DNA from: a virus
Virus record (IMG/VR): IMGVR_UViG_3300033463_000182
Coordinates: 1 to 53,902 of that record
DNA length: 53,902 nt
Direction: 5' to 3' (one strand)
Positions 33,373 through 42,105 of this stretch are shown in pieces (position 1 is the first letter of the stretch; each line of letters starts with the position of its first letter). The notes under the pieces were generated by a model. The model was not told the origin of the DNA. It ran no database searches and worked only from the letters and a program-made list of their open reading frames with translations. A program made the translations under genes and the position numbers.

Positions 33373-34947
33373 ATGAAAGCTGTAATTTACGCACGCTATT
33401 CTTCCCACGGCCAGACGGAGCAATCCATCGAAGGACAGCTCCGCGATAATTACGCCTGGGCCAAGCAGCAGGGGATCACCGTCATAGCGGAATACATAGA
33501 CAGGGCCTTGACCGGCACCAAGGATCAGCGCCCGGATTTTCAGCGCATGATCGAGGACGCGGCCAAGCGTCAGTTTGAAATGGTTATCGTCTGGAAGCTG
33601 GACAGGTTTGCCCGCAACCGTTACGACAGCGCGATCTACAAGGCCAAGCTCAAGAAATACGGCGTCAAGGTGGTGTCCGTCAAGGAGAACATCACCGACA
33701 GCCCGGAGGGCATCATCCTGGAAGGGCTGCTGGAAAGCATGGCGGAGTATTACAGCGCCAACCTGTCACAGAATATCCGGCGCGGCCAGCGTGAGAGCAT
33801 GGCGAAGGGAACATACTGCGGCGGCCCTGTACCCTACGGCTACAAGGTGGCGAATAAGAAGCTCGTCATTGACGACAAGGCCGCAGAAGTGATCCGCTAT
33901 GTGTTTGACCAGTACGCCCAGGGCGTCCCCAAGAAAGAGATCATCGACGAATTGAACCGGCGCGGCGTCCGTGGAAAGACTGGCAAGCCGCTTTCCATCA
34001 CGGCATTTCAGCGCGCCTTGCCGAATCCTGCCTATGTCGGGCGCTTCACCTATAAGGGTGAAGTGATCCCCGGCCTTTCCGAGCGCATCATAGACGACGA
34101 CACTTTCCAGAAAGTGCAGGAGCGCTTGAAGCTCACCGCCCGCGCGCCTGCTGCGAACAAGGCAAAGGTGGAATATCTCTTGCAGGGGAAAGCCTACTGC
34201 GGCCATTGCGGTGCGCCCATGATCGGGGAATCTGGCCGGTCACGGAACGGGGAAACGTACAATTACTATGCTTGCGCGGACAAAAAGAAGAAGCATACCT
34301 GTAAGAAGAAGAACGAGCGCAAGGATTTTATCGAATGGTATATTGTCGAACAGACGATGCAGTATATCTTGACGCCCGCCCGCGCTGCCCGCGTCGCAAA
34401 GGCCGTCGTGCAGGAGTACAAAAAAGAGTTTTCCGATAGCCGCGTGGACGATCTGGACAAAGCCTTGAAGCAGATAGACCGCGAGCTGGACAAGCTGGTG
34501 GACGCCCTGGTGGACAGCCCCAAGGTAGCGCACAAGAAAATCTACGCCCGCATGGAAACGCTGGAAGCGCAGAAAGCGGAAATGGAAACAGACCTTGCCC
34601 GCCTGCGCATCGCCCAGGAAATCCAGCTCACCGAAACAGAAGTGCGCGCATGGCTAAAGAAATTCTGTACCGGCGATCCGCTGGATGAGGAATTTCGCAA
34701 GCGCATCATCGACGTGTTTATCAATGCCGTCTATCTCTACGACGATAAGCTCATTACCTTCTACAACATACGCGGCGGCAAACAGGTTTCCTATATCGAC
34801 CTTATCAATTCCGCCGACCTTCCCGCCCCGGAGTGTTCGGATTTGAAAGCGTATGCTCCACCAAACGCATCCAAATCCGAACCGCAATACGTCTTTGTAA
34901 ATGGCGTGTTCGGCTGCATCTTCCATAGGAAGAAGGACGAGGATTGA
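33373..34947 (+). CDS. Large serine recombinase (integrase)
   Basis: MKAVIYARYSSHGQ...SIEGQ resolvase catalytic domain, recombinase domain, a zinc-ribbon region (CGHCG...C..C) and a coiled coil. AAGGAG 9 nt upstream of ATG 33373. Confidence 0.9.
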   Translation: MKAVIYARYSSHGQTEQSIEGQLRDNYAWAKQQGITVIAEYIDRALTGTKDQRPDFQRMIEDAAKRQFEMVIVWKLDRFARNRYDSAIYKAKLKKYGVKVVSVKENITDSPEGIILEGLLESMAEYYSANLSQNIRRGQRESMAKGTYCGGPVPYGYKVANKKLVIDDKAAEVIRYVFDQYAQGVPKKEIIDELNRRGVRGKTGKPLSITAFQRALPNPAYVGRFTYKGEVIPGLSERIIDDDTFQKVQERLKLTARAPAANKAKVEYLLQGKAYCGHCGAPMIGESGRSRNGETYNYYACADKKKKHTCKKKNERKDFIEWYIVEQTMQYILTPARAARVAKAVVQEYKKEFSDSRVDDLDKALKQIDRELDKLVDALVDSPKVAHKKIYARMETLEAQKAEMETDLARLRIAQEIQLTETEVRAWLKKFCTGDPLDEEFRKRIIDVFINAVYLYDDKLITFYNIRGGKQVSYIDLINSADLPAPECSDLKAYAPPNASKSEPQYVFVNGVFGCIFHRKKDED

Positions 34948-34951
34948 CAGC

Positions 34952-34981
34952 ACAGCGCCGGGTGAAATATCCCGGCGCTGT
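34952..34981 (+). terminator. Perfect 11-bp hairpin after the integrase gene
   Basis: acagcgccggg-tgaaatat-cccggcgctgt; the downstream T tract is weak. Confidence 0.5.
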
Positions 34982-35079
34982 TCCTGTATTCAGAGGTGAA
35001 ATCAGGCTCACCGTCAATTTCATTCCCGCATCAGGCATCAGGGCAACCGCCGCCCTGGTGCCTATTTTTGCCCCCTTCT

Positions 35080-35950
35080 AATTATCCGCGCGCGCGTGCG
35101 CGAGGGGCCTTTTCTGGCCTGCCCAGGTGAATGAAATTCATAAAAAAAATAAAAAAATTAGCCAAATGGTGGGCTCCCAGCGCCCGCGTAGGAGAAAAAT
35201 CACGCGCGCAGTACCTACACGCGCAAGCGGGCGGGCGCGCACACGGGCGGGCGGGCGCGAGCGCGCGACAGGCGCGTGTGCGGGGGCGCGAGGGCGCGCG
35301 CGTGAGGGCGCGCGTAGGGGCGCGCGTGAGGGCGCGGGGGCGTGAGGCGCGGACGCGGACGCGCAAGGGCGCAGGGGCGCGGGCGGATGCGGGCAGGCGT
35401 GGCGCGTTGCGCGGTAAAAGCAACCCCGGAGGGGTTGCATCCAGGGCGCGCGGGGCCGCGTGATGGCGCGGGCCGCCGGACGCGGGCGGCCAGGGGACGC
35501 AACGCGGGAACGCGGGCGGACGGGCCGAAACATAAAACGCGCGGCGCGGGGCGGACGGGGCCGGGACGGGGCAGGCCGTTCCCGCGTCCAGGATCGCCGC
35601 CGGACGGATCGCCCGCCGGGACGGTTTACAATTCCGGCCAGCGTCCAGGCAGCAGCCAGCTCCCCGCACGCGCGCCCGCGCAGGCCGCCGGGGCGACGTG
35701 TCCAGGGATCGCCGCCGGGGACGTTGCCAGGGATGCAGGCAGCAGCCCCCGCGCGCGTGGAGGCGTCCAGGGGCCGCCGGGGGCCGGATGCCAGGACGCC
35801 GCCGGGGGCCTATAACCGTTTGCGCCATTCGGGGCGGATCGTTCACCGTCGGGGCCGTCCATGTTTCCGCCGGACGGATCGCCGCCCGCGTCCAGGCGGG
35901 GCGGGCTGGATGCGCTCACGCATACACGCGGGAACATAAAACGCGCGTGC
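35080..35950. repeat. Extreme-GC non-coding repeat block
   Basis: 104 of 120 nt are G+C in 35221-35340 (counted). Contains (CG)n, GGGC repeats, about 12-bp tandem repeats and five GYGTCCAGG iterons. All six frames give Arg/Pro/Ala/Gly junk. Confidence 0.85.
35129..35160. other. AT-only island with an 11-nt palindrome inside the GC block
   Basis: ATGAAATTCAT (35131-35141) followed by A8-T-A7-TTA. Confidence 0.8.
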
Positions 35951-36009
35951 GCCCGTTACGGCCCGAAAAATTTTTTTACCCCCGTAGGGGGTACATGCCC
36001 CGAAAAACA

Positions 36010-36036
36010 GGCCCCTTCCCGCCGGGGCCGTTTTTT
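36010..36036 (+). terminator. Intrinsic terminator upstream of promoter P1
   Basis: GGCCCC-ttcccgcc-GGGGCC-g-TTTTTT. Confidence 0.65.
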
Positions 36037-36117
36037 GTGCTATGCTTTTCACGTCGGCGGGAAACACCGCCGGACGGCCCCGAAAAAATTTCCCGAAAAA
36101 AATTTTTTGAAAAGGGG

Positions 36118-36146
36118 TTGACAAACGGGGTACACCGTGATAATAT
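36118..36146 (+). promoter_or_regulatory. Promoter P1 of the accessory array
   Basis: TTGACA, 17 nt (aACGGGGTACACCGtga), TAATAT with an upstream TG; A/T-tract UP-like region 36080-36113. Confidence 0.7.
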
Positions 36147-36215
36147 GGGCACCGTGGACGGGGTACACCGAACACAACACAAGGCGAAAAAATCATTTTG
36201 AAGGAGGCCAACACC

Positions 36216-37112
36216 ATGAAAGACCTGTACACCGAAATTGCCAACGGCATCATTGAGCAGCTGGAAAAGGGGATCATCCCCTGGAAAAAGCCCTGGACGG
36301 GCGTTAATTCTGGCGCTATCTCCCACGCAACCGGCCGCGCCTATTCCCTGCTGAATCAGATGCTCCTCAACCGCCCCGGCGAATACATCACGTTCAATCA
36401 GTGCAAGCAGGAGGGCGGCATGGTCAAGAAGGGCGCGAAAAGTAAAATCGTCGTGTTCTGGAAAGTGCTCCAGCGTGAAAAGAAGGACGCCGCCGGGAAC
36501 GTGGTCACGAACGCCGACGGAAAGCCGGTCATTGAGGGGCTGCCCGTGTTGCGGTATTTCCAGGTGTTCCATATCGACGATTGCGACGGGATCGCGCCGA
36601 AATGGGATAAAAAGCTGCCCGCCGTTGCATCCCCCGACGAACACGCCGAAAGCATCTTGACTGATTATGTGCGCCGTGAGGGCATCCGCCTTGAGAACGT
36701 GATCGGGGATCGGGCGTATTATTCCCCGTCCAGGGATTATATTTGCCTGCCCCTGATGGAGCAATTCGATAGCACCGGCGAATATTACGGCACCGCTTTC
36801 CATGAGGCGACGCATAGCACCGGCCATGTAACGCGGCTGAATCGTTTTGAAAGCGGGATCGCCGCCGCCGCTTTCGGCTCCGAATCGTACAGCAAAGAGG
36901 AGCTTGTCGCGGAAATCGGCTCCGCCTGCATCCTGCACGAAATCGGCATGGAAACGCCGTCCACGTTCAAAAATTCCGCCGCCTATATTCAGTCCTGGCT
37001 CCGCGTTTTGAAGGACGACAAACGGATGATTATTTCCGCCGCCGCCCGCGCCGAAAAGGCTGTAAAACTGATTCTCAACATCACCGACGAAAAGCAGGCG
37101 GACGGGGAATAA
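36216..37112 (+). CDS. ardC: ArdC-type antirestriction protein (ssDNA-binding N-domain + zincin metalloprotease domain)
   Basis: IIEQLEKGIIPWKKPWTG...ITFNQCKQEGGMVKKGAK (ArdC-N) and YYGTAFHEATHSTGH...YSKEELVAEIG (HExxH peptidase domain). Confidence 0.85.
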   Translation: MKDLYTEIANGIIEQLEKGIIPWKKPWTGVNSGAISHATGRAYSLLNQMLLNRPGEYITFNQCKQEGGMVKKGAKSKIVVFWKVLQREKKDAAGNVVTNADGKPVIEGLPVLRYFQVFHIDDCDGIAPKWDKKLPAVASPDEHAESILTDYVRREGIRLENVIGDRAYYSPSRDYICLPLMEQFDSTGEYYGTAFHEATHSTGHVTRLNRFESGIAAAAFGSESYSKEELVAEIGSACILHEIGMETPSTFKNSAAYIQSWLRVLKDDKRMIISAAARAEKAVKLILNITDEKQADGE

Positions 37113-37140
37113 TCCCCGCCCCGCCCGCAACGCCCCGCAA

Positions 37141-37209
37141 CCATTCCGCCCGACGATGGCCCGCCGGTCACGGGCCGAAACGATCCCGCCGGGATCGTCG
37201 CGGAAAACC
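37141..37209 (+). repeat. Structured intergenic repeat, copy 1
   Basis: ccattccgcccgacgatGGCCCGccggtcaCGGGCCgaaACGATCCCGcCGGGATCGTcgcggaaaacc. Confidence 0.85.
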
Positions 37210-37246
37210 GCAACGAAACGAAATCATTTTGAAGGAGGCCAACACC

Positions 37247-37858
37247 ATGAAAACCGTTTACACCTTCACCGCGTCCAGCATCACCGTCAAGGGCAAGACT
37301 TTCCCCGCAGAATATTCTGTTACCCCGTCCGGCTCCGTTTTCGTGTTCGTCCAGCATGACGGCAAGCCCGAAAAAACGCGCATCCGTTTCAATCCCGATC
37401 ATCCCGAATACGCCGCCGCCCTGGCCGCCGCCCGCAACGAGCAGCCCGCCCCGGCCCCGGTTGCCGATCCTGCTCCCGCCGCCGATGAACGCCCCGAAAT
37501 CATTTCCCCCGCCGCCGTGGAAGAAACGCCCGCCGCCCCCGCTGCCGATCCTGCTCCCGCCGCCGATCCCGCGCCGGTTGTCAAGGCCGACGGAAAAGCG
37601 ACGCGCGGCCCCGTCCCGGAAAAAACCTTTATCGGGGAAAGCATCAAGGGCAAGGGCTGGAAAATCCTCTTTGACGGCGAAACAAGCCGCACACGGATCA
37701 TCTTTGAAAGCAAGCCGACGGACGCCGCCCGCGCCGCCCTGGAAAAAGCAGGATTCTTCTTTTCCGCCGGTATGAATAGCTGGAATAAAAAGCTCACTTT
37801 CAAGGCATACCGCGCCGCGCAAGCCCTGGCCGGTGAATTGTCCGCCCTGTACGCTTGA
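37247..37858 (+). CDS. Hypothetical protein with a central Pro/Ala-rich linker
   Basis: MKTVYTF... behind the conserved junction. Confidence 0.5.
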   Translation: MKTVYTFTASSITVKGKTFPAEYSVTPSGSVFVFVQHDGKPEKTRIRFNPDHPEYAAALAAARNEQPAPAPVADPAPAADERPEIISPAAVEETPAAPAADPAPAADPAPVVKADGKATRGPVPEKTFIGESIKGKGWKILFDGETSRTRIIFESKPTDAARAALEKAGFFFSAGMNSWNKKLTFKAYRAAQALAGELSALYA

Positions 37859-37861
37859 AAA

Positions 37862-37931
37862 CCATTCCGCCCGACGATGGCCCGCCGGTCACGGGCCGAA
37901 ACGATCCCCGCCGGGATCGTCGCGGAAAACC
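37862..37931 (+). repeat. Structured intergenic repeat, copy 2
   Basis: Identical to copy 1 except for one extra C. Confidence 0.85.
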
Positions 37932-37967
37932 AAACGCCGCAAAATCATTTTGAAGGAGGCCAACACC

Positions 37968-38867
37968 ATGAAATACAACGAGAAAACCGCCGCCGCCGTC
38001 GTCAATGCCCTTTTGCGGGCCGCCCGCAAGCTGCCCCGCGAGGGCCTGCACGACGCCTGGACGGACGAGCAGGGCCGCACTTGCGCGATGGATGGTTTTC
38101 GGGCCTATTGTCTGAACGCCGCCCCCGCCGGTATGCGGGAAACCTGGACTTGCCGCCCCGATCCGGCCCGCGCCGCCGCCCGCGCTGCCGCGAATAACAA
38201 CATTCTGGCTCATGTATTCGCCGCCCTGGACGCCGGAAAAGTGGTCGAAATGCCCGCGCCGGACGCCGACGCCGTGAAAACCTTTATCGCCGCCGAAAAG
38301 CAGCAGCCGACGCACAAGGGGATTTACGACCTGGGCACCGAATTTCCCGCCGTCAACATGAAGTATCTGTATGATATTATTCGCCTGTTCCCCGCCGCGA
38401 AATGGTATGTAAACGTCGATCCCTACGCCCGCATGGTTAGCCCGATTTTCATTGTAGCCGACGAGGGCCGCGCCTGCCTGCTGCCCGTCCGCGTGGATAG
38501 CAAGCCCTGGAAAGCGCCGGAAGCGCCCGCCGCGCCGGTTGAAAAGCCCGCCGCGACGCAACGCCCCGAAACCATTTCCGACGATAAAGCCCCCTGGACG
38601 TATGATTACTTTGTTTATTCCCGGCCCGCCGGTGAAAAGCGTTTCCTCTTGACGAATCTCCGCGAGGGCACCGTGGGCATGAAAAGGTTTTATGCCCCGC
38701 GCTATAAGAAGCAGGACGCCGAGAAGATTATGGAAATGCTGGACGCCGTGGCCGCCGATAATCCCGGCTGCATCTTCCAGTTGCGAAAACTGGACGGGAA
38801 AACGGTTGTATATACCGCCGTCCCGACGGTGACGCCGGAACAGTTTGCCGCAAGCATCGCCGCCTGA
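37968..38867 (+). CDS. Hypothetical protein with a beta-clamp (DnaN domain)-like segment
   Basis: FPAVNMKYLYDIIRLF...SPIFIVADEGRACLLPVRV resembles the C-terminal DnaN signature (fN.kYl.D.l ... lMP.R). Confidence 0.3.
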   Translation: MKYNEKTAAAVVNALLRAARKLPREGLHDAWTDEQGRTCAMDGFRAYCLNAAPAGMRETWTCRPDPARAAARAAANNNILAHVFAALDAGKVVEMPAPDADAVKTFIAAEKQQPTHKGIYDLGTEFPAVNMKYLYDIIRLFPAAKWYVNVDPYARMVSPIFIVADEGRACLLPVRVDSKPWKAPEAPAAPVEKPAATQRPETISDDKAPWTYDYFVYSRPAGEKRFLLTNLREGTVGMKRFYAPRYKKQDAEKIMEMLDAVAADNPGCIFQLRKLDGKTVVYTAVPTVTPEQFAASIAA

Positions 38868-38919
38868 TTATTCCAGCGCCCGCCCGTGGGCCTTGTACGC
38901 GGGCAGGAGGGCCGCCGCT

Positions 38920-39312
38920 ATGAAGTATTGGTATTTATATATCCCCGCCGCCGTGTTCTTCCTGCTGCCCATTCTGAACGCCCTGCACGCATCCGCAAAG
39001 GAGCGCGCCGCTGCCCGCGAAAAGGAAGCAAAACGCGCCGCTGCTGCCGCCGCGAAAAAGGCCGCAAAGGAAGCGCAGGCCCCCGCCACCGCTGCCCCTG
39101 CCGCCGATCCGGCCCCCGCGCCAGCTCCCCGCAAGCGTGGACGGCCCCGCAAGAATCCGCCGCCGGAGCCGCAACGCCCCGCAACCATTTCAAACGATCC
39201 AGCGCCCGCCCCCGTCCAGGTTGTGACGATCCAGCGCGCCAGCATTTTCCCGGATATAAACAAGATGGAGCCGCCCTGCTCCCCGGAAGAATTTGCCGCC
39301 CGCATCCGCTGA
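38920..39312 (+). CDS. Membrane-anchored protein with an AT-hook (RKRGRPRKNP)
   Basis: MKYWYLYIPAAVFFLLPILNAL TM helix, then an Ala/Lys/Pro-rich region containing GRP. Confidence 0.45.
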   Translation: MKYWYLYIPAAVFFLLPILNALHASAKERAAAREKEAKRAAAAAAKKAAKEAQAPATAAPAADPAPAPAPRKRGRPRKNPPPEPQRPATISNDPAPAPVQVVTIQRASIFPDINKMEPPCSPEEFAARIR

Positions 39313-39344
39313 AAATTTCCCCGAAAAAATTTTGCAAAGGGGGC

Positions 39345-39373
39345 TTGACAAACGGGGTACACCGTGATAATAT
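39345..39373 (+). promoter_or_regulatory. Promoter P2 of the accessory array
   Basis: Same TTGACA-aACGGGGTACACCGtga-TAATAT as P1; a second TTGACAAACGGGGTACACCGT copy sits at 39378-39398. Confidence 0.7.
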
Positions 39374-39422
39374 GGCATTGACAAACGGGGTACACCGTAA
39401 CAAACAGAAGGAGGCCAACACC

Positions 39423-39968
39423 ATGAGTTACAACACATTGAAAGCCATCGACGCCGAAGCCATTGAAACCGCGCGCAAAAAGGCCCTTGCGGATATTGGC
39501 AAGGAGCGCCGCGAGGCCGCCGCCCTGCGCATCATGGCCGACAAGCTGAACGGCCAGTACATCACAAAGCGCATTGAGCCGCAGCTTGTGAGCCTGTTTC
39601 CCGGAGCCGTCCGCGCCTATATGAGCCAGTCTTATGACCATGTGGATGTTACCATTTCTTACAGCGCCAGCAATTACAATGACCGGGATTATCTCACCAT
39701 TTGCAGCACCAGCAACCGCCGCATTGACCCCGCCGCCATGATCGCCCGCGCGGAGCAGAAGGAAAAGGAAGCGCGCTCCCTGGAAGCGGCCTTGGAGCAC
39801 ATCGAGCCTCTTGTGGACGCTTACAACGCGATAGCGATTCACTTTGCCGAAATCCGCGACGATGTAGAGCGCTTTTTCCCCGAAATCCCCTATGCAGATT
39901 GGGGGCTTGAAAGAAAATACCGCGCCAGCTTTACCCCGGAACGGTTTGCCGAAATCATTTCAGCGTAA
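39423..39968 (+). CDS. Hypothetical protein
   Basis: MSYNTLKAIDAE... behind GGAGGCCAACACC. Confidence 0.5.
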   Translation: MSYNTLKAIDAEAIETARKKALADIGKERREAAALRIMADKLNGQYITKRIEPQLVSLFPGAVRAYMSQSYDHVDVTISYSASNYNDRDYLTICSTSNRRIDPAAMIARAEQKEKEARSLEAALEHIEPLVDAYNAIAIHFAEIRDDVERFFPEIPYADWGLERKYRASFTPERFAEIISA

Positions 39969-40001
39969 CGCCGCAAAATCATTTTGAAGGAGGCCAGCAC
40001 C

Positions 40002-40709
40002 ATGAAAACCCCGTACAATACCCCCATTGAAAAAAGCTCCGTCAACCCCATGTGCCCCGATTGCACCCGCTTTGGGAAGGATTGCGAGGGGACGGCCTGC
40101 CAGACCTGGACGGGCTGCATTTACAAGCAGCGCACCGATCCGGCGGAAACCATTTGCAAGCCGAAGCTGATCTATCAGCCGGACGCCCCGAAGGAGGCCC
40201 GCTATAACGTCCAGTTGTGGCATAGCTACGACGGCGGCAAGACCTTCTATTATGCCGGTTATGGTCGCTTCTTTGAAAACCAGTATGATGCCGAAGCGTG
40301 GCGCAAGCAGCAGCGGAAAAATCTTGCTTACGATCTCATGTTTGGCCGCCTGGGCAACGGGACGACGGTTTTCAACCTGGCCCGCGAGGAGTACGGCGAT
40401 TATCAGAATGTCGCCCACATCGACGATTGCGGCGCTGTGCGGTGGTATGTCGATACCAGCAAGCTCCCGCCCTACGTCCTGGAAGATGTCAACGCGCAGG
40501 CCGCCGCGCAGGAGCGCAATTTCAAACACGGCTTTATGCACCTTCCGAAGCCCGACGCCCTTCAAATGCTGGGCGACCTTCTGAACATCGGGCAATTCCT
40601 GATCGTGTTCCGCGATGAGAATATTGCGGACAAGAGCATGGAGGAAATCTATCAAGCCTATATCAAGTATGTGTGCAAGAACGGCAAGCGCACCATGCCC
40701 GCAGCATAA
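40002..40709 (+). CDS. Hypothetical protein with an N-terminal Cys cluster
   Basis: MKTPYNTPIEKSSVNPMCPDCTRFGKDCEGTACQ... Confidence 0.5.
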   Translation: MKTPYNTPIEKSSVNPMCPDCTRFGKDCEGTACQTWTGCIYKQRTDPAETICKPKLIYQPDAPKEARYNVQLWHSYDGGKTFYYAGYGRFFENQYDAEAWRKQQRKNLAYDLMFGRLGNGTTVFNLAREEYGDYQNVAHIDDCGAVRWYVDTSKLPPYVLEDVNAQAAAQERNFKHGFMHLPKPDALQMLGDLLNIGQFLIVFRDENIADKSMEEIYQAYIKYVCKNGKRTMPAA

Positions 40710-40719
40710 CGCCGCAAAA

Positions 40720-40789
40720 CCATTCCGCCTGATGATGGCCCGCCGGTTACGGGCCGAAACGATCCCCGCCGGGATCGTCGCGGAAAACC
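40720..40789 (+). repeat. Structured intergenic repeat, copy 3
   Basis: Three C-to-T changes relative to copies 1 and 2: one gives a G-U pair in the outer stem, one is in the bulge, one is in a loop. Confidence 0.85.
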
Positions 40790-40824
40790 AACGCCGCAAG
40801 ATTATTTCAAAGGAGGCCAACACC

Positions 40825-41304
40825 ATGACCATCAACAAAACCCGGTATTCATCTTTCAACTACAAGCGCCTCGCGCCCTTCCTGGACGCCGTGCGCGAGC
40901 TGCCGGAGCAGTCCTTCACCTTCACCCACGAGGGCTACGAGCCGCTTTCTATCGAAAGCCTGGGCTATACCTTCAAGGGCTATCCCGTTTGGGGTATGAT
41001 GCACACCTACCAGCAGAACGGCGACACCATGCGCGACCCGGATATGACCTTCCTGGTGGATCGTGAAACCGGCAACATCATCCCGCACACCTTCCAGCAG
41101 GATAATTGCCCCTTCACGAAGTACGGCACCCTGTATCAAGAAGTATGGGAGGACGAAACGCATTGGCGGCCCAGCCTGCGCGCCGAGCTTGACCGCTTCT
41201 TGAAAGACTGGATCACAAACATTCTGGATCAGGGCTTTTCCCCGGATCAGGCCCGCGCCGGTGAAGTCACCCCGGAACAGTTTGCCGCCGCCGTCGAAGG
41301 ATAA
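40825..41304 (+). CDS. Hypothetical protein
   Basis: MTINKTRYSSFNYKRL... behind the conserved junction. Confidence 0.5.
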   Translation: MTINKTRYSSFNYKRLAPFLDAVRELPEQSFTFTHEGYEPLSIESLGYTFKGYPVWGMMHTYQQNGDTMRDPDMTFLVDRETGNIIPHTFQQDNCPFTKYGTLYQEVWEDETHWRPSLRAELDRFLKDWITNILDQGFSPDQARAGEVTPEQFAAAVEG

Positions 41305-41337
41305 CGCCGCGAAATCATTTTGAAAGGAGTTTTGACT

Positions 41338-41553
41338 ATGGCATACGATAGCATCCGCCGTCTGTTGAAAGACGGCTATCCCTGGAAGATCAAGGGCAAC
41401 GATGGATATACCGCCGTATTGGTGGGCATCCAGCCCCTTGTCGATCACGATTATTGCGGCATCTACCGCTACCCCGGCGGCGAGTGCTGCCACGGTTTGC
41501 AGGAAATCAGATCATGCTTCACCGTCCTGGAGCAGCGCCCGCCGGAAGATTGA
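41338..41553 (+). CDS. Hypothetical small protein
   Basis: MAYDSIRRLLKDGYPW... Confidence 0.45.
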   Translation: MAYDSIRRLLKDGYPWKIKGNDGYTAVLVGIQPLVDHDYCGIYRYPGGECCHGLQEIRSCFTVLEQRPPED

Positions 41554-41599
41554 TAATAAGCCCGCCCGTGGGCATATACACGGGAGAAGGAGGTACACC

Positions 41600-41845
41600 A
41601 TGAAAAGCATCACATTCAAAACAAACGTCGCCGCCCCCGGCGCGGCATCCGCTGACATCGTGGACGAGCTGCCGGAGATTGGCGACACCTTCCATGGGCG
41701 AACAGTCCTTGAGGTTTGTCCTTTTCCCCTGGTGGACGAGCAGGACGATCCAGAAGTGTATCAATTCGCCGTCTGGAAGCTGCACCTGTCCGGGGATGTA
41801 TATTACTACGTCGCCATCCACGAAGCCGAAGCGGAGAAAATCTAA
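41600..41845 (+). CDS. Hypothetical small protein
   Basis: MKSITFKTNV... behind GAAGGAGGTACACC. Confidence 0.45.
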   Translation: MKSITFKTNVAAPGAASADIVDELPEIGDTFHGRTVLEVCPFPLVDEQDDPEVYQFAVWKLHLSGDVYYYVAIHEAEAEKI

Positions 41846-41878
41846 CGCCGCGAAATCATTTTGAAAGGAGCCAACACC

Positions 41879-42082
41879 ATGAAAGCCAACACCACTTTGC
41901 AGAAGATCACGAAGTCCATCCGCCGCTTCTTTGTCGGCGAAGCGTACACAGTCGCCGCGTGCGTGCCCGGTTACGGCACGTTCACCTGTACCATCACGGC
42001 CCCGAACCAGCAGCGCGCTATGGAGGAAGCGGAAGCAATGGCAGACCCCGGCTTTGTCCTGTCCTGCGAATTGGCCGCCTGA
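41879..42082 (+). CDS. Hypothetical small protein
   Basis: MKANTTLQKITK... behind the conserved junction. Confidence 0.45.
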   Translation: MKANTTLQKITKSIRRFFVGEAYTVAACVPGYGTFTCTITAPNQQRAMEEAEAMADPGFVLSCELAA

Positions 42083-42105
42083 CGCTGCCGATCCCTCCGC
42101 GCGCG

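Noticed and set aside
35082-35846. 254-aa minus-strand ORF, plus several 70-160-aa ORFs on other frames, inside the GC block
   Set aside because: The translations are Arg/Pro/Ala/Gly low complexity on all six frames. There is no RBS and no start context. The open frames are a by-product of about 87% G+C (stop codons are AT-rich).
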